Positions 48,159 to 58,972 of a DNA stretch of 59,988 bases are shown here, in pieces. Each line of letters starts with the position of its first letter. The first letter of the stretch is position 1. This stretch comes from Opitutia bacterium. Its GTDB lineage: Bacteria > Verrucomicrobiota > Verrucomicrobiia > Opitutales > T3Sed10-336. A program made the position numbers and the translations under genes. The DNA lies in assembly GCA_050506795.1 (NCBI GenBank), contig JBJHCF010000032.1, forward strand, positions 1 to 59,988, written 5' to 3'. The notes beneath the pieces were generated by a model. It did no database searches, was not told where the DNA came from, and saw nothing but the letters and a program-made list of their open reading frames with translations.

Positions 48159-49232
48159 ATGCTATTCCCATCGCACTCCACACCCTCCTTAAAGAACAAC
48201 ACTACCCGCGGTTGCCAAGCCATCCTGGCGGCAACCGTTCTTCTAACTCAAGGAACCATTATGGCTGAACCGGAAAACGCCTCCGGAACCCTGGGAACGA
48301 TCGAACGTCTCGACCCCAGACTCGACGAGTTACTGCCTCCCGGCACCGAAATCGAAATCCTCGCGGAGGGATTCGTCTGGACGGAGGGACCGGTCTGGGT
48401 TCCGGAAGGAAACTACTTGTTGCTAAGCGACATCCCGCGTAACTCGATTTACCGTTGGGACGAATCCGACGGCATTGCCCTCTTCATGCGTCCATCCGGC
48501 TTTACCGGCGAAGACTTTCAAGGCCGGGAACCGGGATCCAACGGACTCACCCTCGATCACGAGGGTCGCCTGGTCCTGTGTGAACACGGCGACCGGCGAG
48601 TCTCCCGTCTCGAATCCCTGGAAGACCCCCACGGACCCAAAACCACTCTGGCGGACCGTTACGACGGTCGCCGACTGAACAGTCCCAACGATCTCGTGGT
48701 CCACTCCAGCGGCGCCGTCTATTTCACGGACCCTCCCTACGGACTCCCGCGCGGCGCCAACGACCCGGAACGCGAACTGGACTTCTACGGAGTATTCCGC
48801 GTCGACCCCGATGGAGAGGTGTCGCTGCTGACACAGGATCTGAACCGGCCCAATGGGATCGCCTTTTCACCCGACGAAAAAACTTTGTACGTGTCCAATT
48901 CCGAACGCCATCGCGCAATCTGGATGGCCTACGACGTGCTGGATGACGGAAGCATCGAAAACGGTCGGGTGTTTTTCGACGCCACCGAACTCGCCACCCG
49001 GGACCGCCCCGGCGCCCCGGACGGATTAAAGGTCGATCGTGACGGCAACCTTTTCGCCACCGGGCCCGGCGGCGTCCTGGTCATCGCACCTGACGGTACC
49101 CATCTCGGAACCATTCTCACCGGCCGCCCCACCGCCAATTGTGCCTTCGGCGACGATGGCGCCACACTCTACATCACTGCCAACCGCCACCTCGTCCGCA
49201 TTCGCACCGGCACTCGCGGCGCCGGCTTCTGA
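48159..49232 (+). CDS. SMP-30/gluconolactonase family protein
   Basis: WTEGPVW, GSNGL, NSPND, FTDPPYG, PNGIAFS, PDGLKVD; start uncertain. Confidence 0.9.
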   Translation: MLFPSHSTPSLKNNTTRGCQAILAATVLLTQGTIMAEPENASGTLGTIERLDPRLDELLPPGTEIEILAEGFVWTEGPVWVPEGNYLLLSDIPRNSIYRWDESDGIALFMRPSGFTGEDFQGREPGSNGLTLDHEGRLVLCEHGDRRVSRLESLEDPHGPKTTLADRYDGRRLNSPNDLVVHSSGAVYFTDPPYGLPRGANDPERELDFYGVFRVDPDGEVSLLTQDLNRPNGIAFSPDEKTLYVSNSERHRAIWMAYDVLDDGSIENGRVFFDATELATRDRPGAPDGLKVDRDGNLFATGPGGVLVIAPDGTHLGTILTGRPTANCAFGDDGATLYITANRHLVRIRTGTRGAGF

Positions 49233-49246
49233 AAACGCCCGCAGTC

Positions 49247-50578
49247 ATGTTCCGCGGCCTCCATATCCTGTTTTGCTCGCTCGTCGTGAGCGGAGCGGCC
49301 TCGGTGTATTCAAATGCCCTGGACGAATACGTCGCCGCACTGAAGCAAATCGCTCACCCAGTCTCCGACAAGGCCGACCTGGATCCTTTGCTGGAAAAAA
49401 TCGGCGAACGAAGATTGGTCCTGCTGGGCGAAGCCTCCCACGGAACCTCGGAATTCTACACCTGGCGCGGCAAAATCTCCCGCCGTCTGATCGAGGAAAA
49501 AGGGATTACTTTCATTGCGGTGGAAGGCGATTGGGCCGCTCTCCATCGTCTGAACCGGTGGGTCACCGAAACGGACTCACCGGAACAGGACAAACCGGTT
49601 ACCCAAATACTGGAAGGCTTCGACCGCTGGCCGCAATGGCTGTGGGCCAACCGGGAAATCGTCGCCCTGGCCGAATGGCTACGCGAATATAACCGGGAGC
49701 AACCGCAGGACCGAAGAGTTGGTTTTTTCGGAATCGACGTCTACGGCTGGGAAGAGTCGCTCGACGCTCTATTGGCCAAAACCGAAAACGCCGACGCGGA
49801 CCTGCACTCTGAATTAACGACCCTCTATCGGGATTTTTCCCGTTATCGAGGCGATACCGCCCGTTACGCGCGGGCGGCATTCGCCTATGCCACTTCCGCG
49901 CCCGACGATGTGCCCGCGGCTCTGGAGTTGCTGCGGGAAAACCGGGAAAGTCTGATCGAGTCGCTGGGGGAAAACGCGTATTTTTTCGCCGAACACTACG
50001 CGCTTGTCATCAAGAACGCCGAAGCCCATATCCGCGAAATGGCCGAGGATCAAGCCGCCTCCTGGAACGCACGGGCAAGACACTTCAAGAAAACCGTCGC
50101 CCGCCTGCTCGAATTTCACGGCGACGATTCGAGGGGCATTGTCTGGGCGCATAACACTCACGTCGGCGACGCCGGGGCCACTCCCATGAGCGCGCAGGGA
50201 CAAACAAATATCGGCCGCCTGGCGCGCGAGCGCTGGGGAGACGACGTTTTCATCCTGGGCTTTTCCACTTACCGGGGAGAAGTCGTTGCCGGATCAGCCT
50301 GGGATAACCCGCTGGAGATCATGCCGGTGCCTCCGGCGCAACCGGGAAGTCTCGACCACGCGCTACGCCTCACCGAACACGATACGGCGCTTTTCCTTTT
50401 CGGCGACGTACCCGCGGGCTCCATCCTCACCGAGCCCATCGGGCAGCGAGCTATCGGCGTGGTTTACAACCCCGACCAAGAGACCGCCAACTACGTACCC
50501 ACTCGCGCGCCCTTGCGTTACGACGCTCTCCTTTTCCTGGCTGAAACCCACCCGCTCAATCCGTTGCACCAGCCTTGA
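49247..50578 (+). CDS. Erythromycin esterase family protein, with signal peptide
   Basis: LGEASHGT, AVEGDW, RWPQWLW, WAHNTHVG, RAIGVVY. Confidence 0.9.
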   Translation: MFRGLHILFCSLVVSGAASVYSNALDEYVAALKQIAHPVSDKADLDPLLEKIGERRLVLLGEASHGTSEFYTWRGKISRRLIEEKGITFIAVEGDWAALHRLNRWVTETDSPEQDKPVTQILEGFDRWPQWLWANREIVALAEWLREYNREQPQDRRVGFFGIDVYGWEESLDALLAKTENADADLHSELTTLYRDFSRYRGDTARYARAAFAYATSAPDDVPAALELLRENRESLIESLGENAYFFAEHYALVIKNAEAHIREMAEDQAASWNARARHFKKTVARLLEFHGDDSRGIVWAHNTHVGDAGATPMSAQGQTNIGRLARERWGDDVFILGFSTYRGEVVAGSAWDNPLEIMPVPPAQPGSLDHALRLTEHDTALFLFGDVPAGSILTEPIGQRAIGVVYNPDQETANYVPTRAPLRYDALLFLAETHPLNPLHQP

Positions 50579-50690
50579 GCTCACAACCGTTGGAAGGCTG
50601 GCATCGGTTCCGAGTGACCGCGGCCACCGGGTTGAGTTGACAACCGACCTCCAAACAGCGAGCTTAAAACCGCCGATCCAATTGCATATC

Positions 50691-51422
50691 ATGAGCTCGA
50701 CTTCGAATATCAACTCACTCCAGCGCTACTTCACCGCACGCTTCAAGGAAGAAATCCTTCCCCCAAAAGCACGTCCCGAAGCGGGACCTGCGGTCACCCT
50801 ATCCCGGGAAACCGGCGCCGGCGCCGTGACTCTCGGAGAGAAACTGGCTCGGTATCTGGAATCCCACGACGGCGACCGCGAAAGCGGCTGGGCGGTCTTC
50901 GACCGAAACCTGGTCGATAAGGTCCTCGACGACCACAGTTTGCCCGGAAAGCTGGGAGCCTACATGCCGGAAGGCGCCGGCAACGATTTCCAGGCCTATG
51001 TCGGGGAATTTCTCGGCCTGCATCCCTCCATTACTTCCCTGGTGGAAAAGACCAATGAAACCATCCGCAAGCTGGCGAAAACTGGGAATGTCATCCTGGT
51101 CGGCCGGGGCGCTCACCTGGTCGCCGCTTCTTTGAAAAACGCCTTCCATGTTCGCCTGACCTGCCGTCTCGAGAAACGGATCGAGCGCGTACAGGCATTC
51201 TACGAACTCAAATACGACGAGGCGGTGGAACAGGTACGCCGCAAAGACAAAGAGCGCGCCGACTACGTGCGCAAACACTTTGATCGCGATATCACCGACC
51301 CTTTGAGTTATCATCTGGTGGTCAACACCGGGCTTTTGAGTGACGACGAAGTCGTCGCTACTATCGGAGATGCCGTTCTACGCCATTCCGGGTTGAAATC
51401 GGCCTTGGGTAAACAGCCCTGA
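50691..51422 (+). CDS. Cytidylate kinase-like family protein
   Basis: TLSRETGAG, VILVGRGA, DKERADY, YHLVVNT. Confidence 0.85.
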   Translation: MSSTSNINSLQRYFTARFKEEILPPKARPEAGPAVTLSRETGAGAVTLGEKLARYLESHDGDRESGWAVFDRNLVDKVLDDHSLPGKLGAYMPEGAGNDFQAYVGEFLGLHPSITSLVEKTNETIRKLAKTGNVILVGRGAHLVAASLKNAFHVRLTCRLEKRIERVQAFYELKYDEAVEQVRRKDKERADYVRKHFDRDITDPLSYHLVVNTGLLSDDEVVATIGDAVLRHSGLKSALGKQP

Positions 51423-51477
51423 CGCTTCCCCGACGATTTTCAGGAATAATCCCCCTCCCCCAACCCTCATATCCGAT

Positions 51478-51966
51478 ATGAAAAACGTATCTCTTACCTT
51501 GCTATTAGCTGCCGGACTCGTTGTTGGTTTGACCGGCTGCGATGACAACGGCCTTGCCATGGAAAACGGATCCGGAAACGCGGCACCCCCGGAATCTTCG
51601 CTTGAGTGGATGACCGACTACCAAGCCGCTCTGGAAGCCAGCCGGGAATCGGGAAAACCCGTCCTGATCAACTTCACCGGCTCGGACTGGTGTCCACCGT
51701 GCATCCAGATGAAAAGCGATGTCCTGGAGACGGCAATGTTTCATGAATTCGCGGGCGACCAACTGGTTCTGCTCGAACTCGATTTCCCCCGCAACAAGCC
51801 TCAGGAACCGGAAGTGGTTCGCCAAAATCGGGACCTGGCCCAGAACTACAACATCCAGGGTTATCCGACCTTCGTGATTGTCGATGACGAAGGTAACGAA
51901 ATCCGTCGAACCGTCGGTTACCTGCGCGGCGGCCCCCAGGCATTTATCACCTGGATTGAAGGCTAG
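51478..51966 (+). CDS. Thioredoxin-family lipoprotein
   Basis: Lipobox LTGC, FTGSDWCPPC, IQGYPT. Confidence 0.9.
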   Translation: MKNVSLTLLLAAGLVVGLTGCDDNGLAMENGSGNAAPPESSLEWMTDYQAALEASRESGKPVLINFTGSDWCPPCIQMKSDVLETAMFHEFAGDQLVLLELDFPRNKPQEPEVVRQNRDLAQNYNIQGYPTFVIVDDEGNEIRRTVGYLRGGPQAFITWIEG

Positions 51967-52025
51967 TTTGTACCTTCACCGCCGAACAACGCCATGTCCA
52001 GTACGGGATTGGAACTGATTCGGAG

Positions 52026-54542
52026 TTAATCGTCCGCCGTCTCCCGCAGCGTCTCCAGCGGGGGTCGGCGGACGCCGCCGACATCACTGAACCAGCCGAT
52101 CAGCACCGTCGCTCCGGTAATCCCTCCCCAGCAACCAAGGATCACCGTCCAGGCGGGATTGAACGGTAACTCGAATACAAATCGCCCGAGGGCCCACCCG
52201 GCAGCGGATGCCAGTAAAAGCCCCGCTGTCACCGCCAGCGTTCCCAGTACCAGGAATTCGACGGTCCGAATCCCCGCCAATTGCCTTCCTGTCGCCCCCA
52301 GGGTGCGCAGGAGACAGAACTCGCGCCTACGCTGGTAGCGTCCGGTAGCCGCCACCGCCACCAGAACCAGCCCGCCGGTGGCCACCGTGAACCCAGCCAT
52401 GAAACGAGCCACTAACCCTATCCGGTCCAACACGTTCTCCACCGTGTCGATCACTAGCCGCAGGTCCACCGCGGAGATATTGCCGAACTGCTCCGCCGCC
52501 TCCCGCTGCACCAGGCCGGTCTGTTCCACCGATTCGGTGCGGGTGAGCAACACGTTGAATTTGGGCGCCGGCTCCAGGACCCCGGCGGGAAAGACCACGA
52601 AGAAATTCGGACTGATACGCCGCCACTCCACATCCCGCAGACTGGCCACCCGGCTGGGTAATGAAATCCCCTGCACGTCCCAAACGATTTCGTCGCCCAG
52701 ACCGATTCCCAGATCCTCCGCCAGGCCGGTTTCCACGGATATAGGCACCACTTCCGCGTCACCCGCTTCCGCGACCCACTCCCCAGCCGCCAGGCGTTCG
52801 GTGTTGGTCAACTCACGGCGAAAAGTCGAGCGGTATTCCCGGCGCAGCGTCCACCCGGGAGCCGCATTTTCGCGCAAGAGCTCCGACACCGGCCGCCCCT
52901 TGATCGACTCGATCCGCATGGTGACGATCGGCACCTCCGAAACCACCGGAAGATCGAAACCCTCCAGAAGCTCTTTCAACGCAGCCATCTGGTCGTCCTG
53001 GATGTCGAAAAAGGCCAAATTGGGCGCCTCACCGGTTTCCGAAAATCGCACCTGCCCGAGCAGCATGTCGCGACTGAACGCCAGCGCGGCGATCAGGCAG
53101 GTTCCGAGTCCCAACGACACGATCAACGCTACCGTGCGGTTGTTGGGGCGGTAAAGGTTGGCCACCCCCTGCCGCCAGACAAAGGGAAACCATCCCGGCG
53201 ACAGGCGGCGCGCCGCCCAGAGCATTCCCCATCCAAGTCCGGTCAATAAAAGGAAGATCGCCGCCAATCCCAGAAACAATCCCGCCGGGACGGCGAACCC
53301 GCCAAACTGCACCTGCAGGAACCCCCAAACCGCGGCCCCCAGCAAAATCGCAATCAGCCACTGCACCGGATCCCGCCCGCGGCCGGCGCCCGTCACTGAG
53401 GCTCGCAACGCCCGCAACGGTGGAACTCGACGCAGCGCCGCCATCGGCCACAGGGCAAACAACAGGCATACCCCGAACCCCACCAACATGCCTTCCAAAA
53501 TGGCTCGGCCCGATAGCGAAAACGCCACCTCCACCGGCACCACACCTGAAAACAGGCCCGGCAGCACGCGTTGCACGCCCAACCCCAGAAGGGTTCCCAG
53601 CACCGCCCCACTCAACCCCAGCGCCCCCCCCTGCAAAAGGTAAATCCCAAAAATGTCTCGATTGCCCGCGCCCAGGCACCTGAGTATGGCCGCCGTATCG
53701 CGCTTGCGGGAAACATATCCGTACACACCCGCCGCCACACCGACTCCTCCCAAAAGCAAGGCCACCAATCCGGCGAGATTGAGAAAACGAGTTAGATTGT
53801 CGAAGGACGCTCCCAGGTCTTCCTTGCGGCCCTCCACCGTCTGGGCGCGTAAACGGAGTTCCGAAAGTTCCCGGCGGTGCGCCGCCACCCAGGCATCGGC
53901 ATCCACCTCGTCGCCCAGCCGGAAGTAGGTCCGGTAACGCGCCAGGCTCCCCGCCCCAAGTAAAACTGTGTCCTCGATCGCCGCGTACGGTACGAGCACG
54001 CGCGGAGCCAATTGGCCCAGCCCGATGCCCTCCCCGGGGATTTGTCGCAAGGCGCCAAGCACCGGAAGCTCGGCCCCGCCCACTCGGAGCGGATCCCCCT
54101 GGCTCAGATCCAGTTGACGGTAAAGGCTTTCCTCCACCAGTACCCCCTCCCCTCGACGCCAGACCGCAGCCGCACCTTCAGGATCGGTGCGAATTTCGCC
54201 GTACCACGGAAAACCGTCACCCATCGCCCGGACCATGACCATTCGACTTCGGTCCTGGACCGGAAACGTTGCCATCGAGGTAAAACTCACTTCCCGCGTC
54301 TTCTCTCCATCGATACGGTCCAGAAAAGCATCGACCGCCTCCCCCGGTTGCTGACGGGAGGTCAACATCAGGTCCGCGCCCAGCAGCGCCCGCGCTTGCT
54401 GTGCCACGCCGTCCTCCAGGTTATCGCGGAACGACCGCACCCCCACCAGCGCGGCCACCCCGAGAACAATCGCCAGTGAAAACACAAACAATCGCTTCCT
54501 CCCCCGGCGACTGTCCCGCCACGCCATTTTGACTATCCACAT
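52026..54542 (-). CDS. ABC permease, YbbP-like
   Basis: LLGADL, LLLGGVGV, FDIQDDQ, NFFVVF; downstream of the ybbA-like gene. Confidence 0.9.
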   Translation of the reverse strand: MWIVKMAWRDSRRGRKRLFVFSLAIVLGVAALVGVRSFRDNLEDGVAQQARALLGADLMLTSRQQPGEAVDAFLDRIDGEKTREVSFTSMATFPVQDRSRMVMVRAMGDGFPWYGEIRTDPEGAAAVWRRGEGVLVEESLYRQLDLSQGDPLRVGGAELPVLGALRQIPGEGIGLGQLAPRVLVPYAAIEDTVLLGAGSLARYRTYFRLGDEVDADAWVAAHRRELSELRLRAQTVEGRKEDLGASFDNLTRFLNLAGLVALLLGGVGVAAGVYGYVSRKRDTAAILRCLGAGNRDIFGIYLLQGGALGLSGAVLGTLLGLGVQRVLPGLFSGVVPVEVAFSLSGRAILEGMLVGFGVCLLFALWPMAALRRVPPLRALRASVTGAGRGRDPVQWLIAILLGAAVWGFLQVQFGGFAVPAGLFLGLAAIFLLLTGLGWGMLWAARRLSPGWFPFVWRQGVANLYRPNNRTVALIVSLGLGTCLIAALAFSRDMLLGQVRFSETGEAPNLAFFDIQDDQMAALKELLEGFDLPVVSEVPIVTMRIESIKGRPVSELLRENAAPGWTLRREYRSTFRRELTNTERLAAGEWVAEAGDAEVVPISVETGLAEDLGIGLGDEIVWDVQGISLPSRVASLRDVEWRRISPNFFVVFPAGVLEPAPKFNVLLTRTESVEQTGLVQREAAEQFGNISAVDLRLVIDTVENVLDRIGLVARFMAGFTVATGGLVLVAVAATGRYQRRREFCLLRTLGATGRQLAGIRTVEFLVLGTLAVTAGLLLASAAGWALGRFVFELPFNPAWTVILGCWGGITGATVLIGWFSDVGGVRRPPLETLRETADD

Positions 54543-54690
54543 TCCCTTCACGTCGCACACTCCGGTCTTAATTCATAAAGCCTTGGCGTCCTGGCGCCGC
54601 ATGGGCTCAATACAGGTAAGCAATTCAACCGAAGTCTTCTCGGCGCGCCTGCCGTGGCGTTCATCGCTGGTTTAAATTCCATGAGATTTG

Positions 54691-55446
54691 TCACAACGAC
54701 GTCTTGGCACGCACCGCAGCCCCGTTACGCTCCGCAGCCTGGTCCTGTTCCTCATCCGACAAACGCCGGTCCTCCACCACCTCGCCCCCGCGCAGACGCA
54801 GGACACGACCGGTCCGGCAGGCCAGTTCCCAGTCGTGCGTCACGATCATTAGCGCGCCGCCGGTCTCCCGGGTCAACCTGAACATCAAGTCCGTCACTTT
54901 CGCGCTCGTTTCCTCGTCGAGGTTACCCGTCGGTTCATCGGCGAACAAAATCCGCGGCCGGTTGATAAACGCCCGGGCCAGAGCCACTCGCTGCTGCTCG
55001 CCCCCGGACAACTGCACCGGGTAGTGGTCCAGGCGGTCCGCCAGCCCCACCATGCCCAGAAAATCACGCGCTTCCCGGCCGAGGCCCGAGCGCCCTCCGG
55101 ACATTTCCGATGGCGCCATAACATTCTCCAGGGCAGTCAGGCTGGGCACAAGTTGGAAATTCTGAAACACAAACCCGACGGACCGGTTCCGCAAACGCGC
55201 GCGCCCATCTTCGTTCAAGTCTTCCAACGCCGTGCCGCAAAGTCGCACCGATCCGCCACTCGAACGGTCCAGGCCGGCGCAGAGTCCCAGCAATGTCGTT
55301 TTGCCACTGCCCGACGGTCCCACCACGGCGCAGGACTCTCCCGCTCCCAGGGTGAATTCAACCCCCTTTAAAACCGTAAGCTCGCGTGCCCCCGATCGAT
55401 AGGTTTTCGACAAATGATGAATTTCGAGTACGTTTCCGTCGTTCAT
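54691..55446 (-). CDS. ABC ATP-binding protein, YbbA-like
   Basis: GPSGSGKT, LSGGEQQR, ADEPTGNLD; divergent from tesA. Confidence 0.92.
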   Translation of the reverse strand: MNDGNVLEIHHLSKTYRSGARELTVLKGVEFTLGAGESCAVVGPSGSGKTTLLGLCAGLDRSSGGSVRLCGTALEDLNEDGRARLRNRSVGFVFQNFQLVPSLTALENVMAPSEMSGGRSGLGREARDFLGMVGLADRLDHYPVQLSGGEQQRVALARAFINRPRILFADEPTGNLDEETSAKVTDLMFRLTRETGGALMIVTHDWELACRTGRVLRLRGGEVVEDRRLSDEEQDQAAERNGAAVRAKTSL

Positions 55447-56203
55447 GATGAAAATAGAAGACACAACCTGCCGCCGTTTCTCAAACACCCGGCCCGTTTT
55501 CCGCCGCACGCCGACCCAGTCCGACTCATGGACACTTCGCCAGCCGTTTGGGTCCCGAGGGCGCACGATTTCCAACTTTTTCCTAGCGATCCTGGCAGCA
55601 CTGATCGGAACGCTACCCGCTCTCACCGTTAACGGAAATAACGAAAACCTCCGCACCGTGCTCTTTTTCGGCGACAGCCTGACCGCCGCCTACCAGATCG
55701 ATCCCGACCGGGCCTACCCGGCGCTCATTGAGGAAAAGATGCGAGCCGAAAACCTGAACTACCGGGCCGTCAACGCCGGGCTCAGCGGTGAAACCACCGC
55801 CGGTGGTCTGCGCCGGATCGACTGGGTCCTGCGGCGCGAAATCGACGTCTTCGTACTGGCTCTCGGTGGCAACGACATGCTTCGCGGTTTTGACCCCGCC
55901 GAAGTGCGGTCCAACCTGCGCGGCATCCTGCAAAAGGTACGCAATCGTTACCCCGACGCCCTCCTGCTGCTCGCCGGCATGAAAGCCGCCCCCAATATGG
56001 GCGCCGACTACGCCGAGGCCTTTGCGGCCATCTATCCCGAACTGGCTGCAGAATTCGACATTCCTCTGATTCCCTTCCTGCTCGAAGGCATGGCGGCCAA
56101 TCCGGCCTACAACCTCGACGACCTCATCCACCCCAATGAACGCGGCCACCGGATTATTGCCGAAAATGTTTGGAAACTACTCCGACCTCAACTCACGGAG
56201 TGA
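55445..56203 (+). CDS. tesA: SGNH/GDSL arylesterase, TesA-like
   Basis: GDSL, GLSGETT, LGGND, DLIHPN; conserved tesA/ybbAP arrangement; start uncertain. Confidence 0.9.
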   Translation: MMKIEDTTCRRFSNTRPVFRRTPTQSDSWTLRQPFGSRGRTISNFFLAILAALIGTLPALTVNGNNENLRTVLFFGDSLTAAYQIDPDRAYPALIEEKMRAENLNYRAVNAGLSGETTAGGLRRIDWVLRREIDVFVLALGGNDMLRGFDPAEVRSNLRGILQKVRNRYPDALLLLAGMKAAPNMGADYAEAFAAIYPELAAEFDIPLIPFLLEGMAANPAYNLDDLIHPNERGHRIIAENVWKLLRPQLTE

Positions 56204-56233
56204 GGCAAAGACCGGTTCGGATTCTCGCGGTCG

Positions 56234-58510
56234 TTACTCCAATAATTCCCTGAGCGCCATTCGTGCTTCCCTCAGGGCTATCTCCGCTTCAAGGGCCTCG
56301 GACTCCGTGGCACGACCGGCTTCAAGCCAGGCCCGGACCGCATTCAGCCGGAATTCCATCAATTCAACCCGTCTCTCTGCCAACATTCGCAGCTCCGCGT
56401 CATCACCCTTCATTCGTGCCAGATGTTCGCGGGCTCCCAACAGGTTAAGTTCGGCTTCGGTCACCTCGACCGAAGTAGCCCTTCCGTTTTCGAAAAGCGA
56501 CCACTGGCGCCGCAGCAACTGCTCCGCCAGTTCCACCTGCTGTTCCGCCATACGTTTTTCAATCTCATCTGCCTCCGAATCGACCGAGTCTATGCCCTCC
56601 GGCCGATACCCCGCTTGTTCGTCACCACCTGCGCCCCCGACTCGCACCTCCGTGCGATGCCCCGGGCTCAAGGAAACGTTCCGAAATGCGATCCACCGGT
56701 AGGGGCGGGACTGTATTTGAAATTCCCTGAGATCCCCCGTACTGACATTCGGAATCGTCACCGTCATCTGTTGCAAAATCGAGTCCGTTTGCCAGGAGGG
56801 TGTCCCCACGGAAGCGCTTTCACTCGACGGGTGCACACCACCGGCGTTATCCACCGCCACAATACGCAGTTGATCGTTGGAATGATGGACATTGTACGCC
56901 ACCGAGGTCACCACACCCTCGTCACTCCGCGCGACCGGTGCGAAGGCAAATCTCTCCCCATCAGCAAGTGTCTCCCCTTCTCCGAAGCTGGCACTCTCAA
57001 CAGGTCCGCTGACCGCAACGGTTTTCCATTCTCCGGCGGCAATCCCGATGTGTACGTCCGTCTCCAGCAAATCTCCGGGCAGGTTCCCCACCACACTCCA
57101 ACGTCGGGTACCGTACAGCGATCCTGCCTGCGTCCACTGATTCATTTCGTAACCTTCCTCAAGATCCGGCAACCTGACTTTAAAACCGGGCTCCACACCT
57201 TCGGGATCACGCAACATCAACGCGAATTCCCATTGGCCGCTCGCCTCCCGTACCGAAATTCCGGTGCGCTCGCGATACGGAGGAACCATCCCGATCTCTC
57301 CCCCGTCAGGCAACCACCAGGCAACAGGCTCAGCCAGGCGATCCCCTACGGCGAGAATTTCAACAGAGAACCCGTTTTCCAACATTGCCACCGTTCCCGG
57401 CGTTGAGCCGGTTTCTCCCGAACCCGTTTCTTCTTCCGCCTCCGCGATAACCGTCTGCACCATGGCCAGGGAAAGCGTCAAGCCAGCAACCAGAATGAGC
57501 GAGCCGGCGACCATGCGCCGATCGAGCCCGCGTCGTTTCCGGCGGGCATCGAGGACGGCCAGGAGCCGGCCTTCAAAGGTCGATCTCCGAGCCATGGCCA
57601 GGGCGCTGTGCGGCACCTGGGCTGACGCATTCGCTTCTTTGACCAGGTCCAGCAGGACTCTCGCATAGCGCGCGGGGGATTGTCCCGTTTCCAGCACTCG
57701 ATCATCACACGCCTGCTCCCGGTCGACACGCATTCGGTACGTCATCCACCAGGCCAGCGGGTGAAACCAGAACACCGCCCGGGCGCAGTGGCCAATCCCC
57801 TGGGTCAGACAGTCGCGACGCTCCACATGGGCCAGTTCGTGCAGGAGAACGGACCGCTGTTTTTCCTCGTTCCAGCGTGTGGCCGACTCCGGCACCACGA
57901 CGAACGGACGCCACAACCCTCCGGTAAACGGAAGTGTCGTCTCGGATCCGATCAGTAAGGCGGGCGGCCTGTTCAGGCCAATCCGCCTCGCGTTCTCCAG
58001 CATCAACGCTCTTAAATGACTTGCCGCTCCAACCGCCTCGGCCCATCGGCACTGACGCCGTATTCTCGAAACACGGACGTCTCCACACAGGCGTATGAAA
58101 AGCAATACGACCATTCCGCTCACCCAAAGCCACCCAAAAACCGAAATGACCGTCGGCCGCGGGATCCATTGCGTGCCGCCTGCAAAATCGGGTTCCCTTG
58201 CCGACACCTGAGAGCTTCCCATCGCGGTGGGCGCTTCGGACAAATCGACGGGACGTGGTGACGTCGTCGAATGAGCGACTGGTGCGAACTCGGAGTCGGC
58301 GGCAGTCAAGGAGACAGTCCACGACGGAAGAACCGCCGACAACACCGGCAACAGCAGTAACCCGGCCGCACAACCCACCCATACCAGGTGCCTAAGGGCC
58401 GCTGACCTCTTGCGCAAAAACCAGGAAGTAATCGTCGCGGCGAGGAGCAACACTGTCGCCTTGAAAATAATGGAGACAAACGGGTCGGACAGGTAGAGAT
58501 CGGCGGACAT
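56234..58510 (-). CDS. BlaR1-like peptidase M56 with large extracytoplasmic C-terminus
   Basis: SAALRHLVW, HELAH, WFHPLAW, EQACD, YARVLL. Confidence 0.92.
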   Translation of the reverse strand: MSADLYLSDPFVSIIFKATVLLLAATITSWFLRKRSAALRHLVWVGCAAGLLLLPVLSAVLPSWTVSLTAADSEFAPVAHSTTSPRPVDLSEAPTAMGSSQVSAREPDFAGGTQWIPRPTVISVFGWLWVSGMVVLLFIRLCGDVRVSRIRRQCRWAEAVGAASHLRALMLENARRIGLNRPPALLIGSETTLPFTGGLWRPFVVVPESATRWNEEKQRSVLLHELAHVERRDCLTQGIGHCARAVFWFHPLAWWMTYRMRVDREQACDDRVLETGQSPARYARVLLDLVKEANASAQVPHSALAMARRSTFEGRLLAVLDARRKRRGLDRRMVAGSLILVAGLTLSLAMVQTVIAEAEEETGSGETGSTPGTVAMLENGFSVEILAVGDRLAEPVAWWLPDGGEIGMVPPYRERTGISVREASGQWEFALMLRDPEGVEPGFKVRLPDLEEGYEMNQWTQAGSLYGTRRWSVVGNLPGDLLETDVHIGIAAGEWKTVAVSGPVESASFGEGETLADGERFAFAPVARSDEGVVTSVAYNVHHSNDQLRIVAVDNAGGVHPSSESASVGTPSWQTDSILQQMTVTIPNVSTGDLREFQIQSRPYRWIAFRNVSLSPGHRTEVRVGGAGGDEQAGYRPEGIDSVDSEADEIEKRMAEQQVELAEQLLRRQWSLFENGRATSVEVTEAELNLLGAREHLARMKGDDAELRMLAERRVELMEFRLNAVRAWLEAGRATESEALEAEIALREARMALRELLE

Positions 58511-58585
58511 GATTTCGGGTTGTTGGGATTCGGGTTGTTTTCAGCGGTTCGGGCAGACGGTTTCGATTTCGCTTTCGAGTCACAC

Positions 58586-58972
58586 TCATTCGCGATCCTC
58601 GATGCAGGCGGCCTCTTCGATGAGCTTGTTCAGACGATCAACCTCCTCGCGAGTCAAATTCTGGCGTTGGGTTTCGAGGATCCCCGCGATTGCCGCCGAG
58701 GCGGATCCGGCGTAAAAGGTGTCCAGCACACGGCGGATCGCGGACGCGGCAGCCTGCCTGCGCGGCTGATTCGGACGGTAATAATACTTCCCGTCCCGCT
58801 CCTGGTGACGAATCCGTTCCTTGCGCATAAGCGTCGACAACATGGCCCGAGTCGCCGAATAACTGGGCGGCGAAGGCAACTCCGCATGCACCTCCGCAGC
58901 ACTCGCCTCCCCACGGCGAAAAAGGATATCCATGATCTGACGCTCTCGTTTCGACAACGGATCGGATTTCAT
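58586..58972 (-). CDS. BlaI/MecI/CopY family repressor
   Basis: LSKRERQIMDIL, PSYSATRAML, KYYYRP; upstream of M56. Confidence 0.92.
   Translation of the reverse strand: MKSDPLSKRERQIMDILFRRGEASAAEVHAELPSPPSYSATRAMLSTLMRKERIRHQERDGKYYYRPNQPRRQAAASAIRRVLDTFYAGSASAAIAGILETQRQNLTREEVDRLNKLIEEAACIEDRE

Noticed and set aside
49247..50578. Macrolide resistance (ere) call
   Set aside because: Family membership only; many chromosomal homologs are not resistance enzymes
54581..54680. Possible further periodic arms between the ybbA-like and ybbP-like genes
   Set aside because: Too degenerate (CTTGGCGTCCTGGCG) to assign by eye
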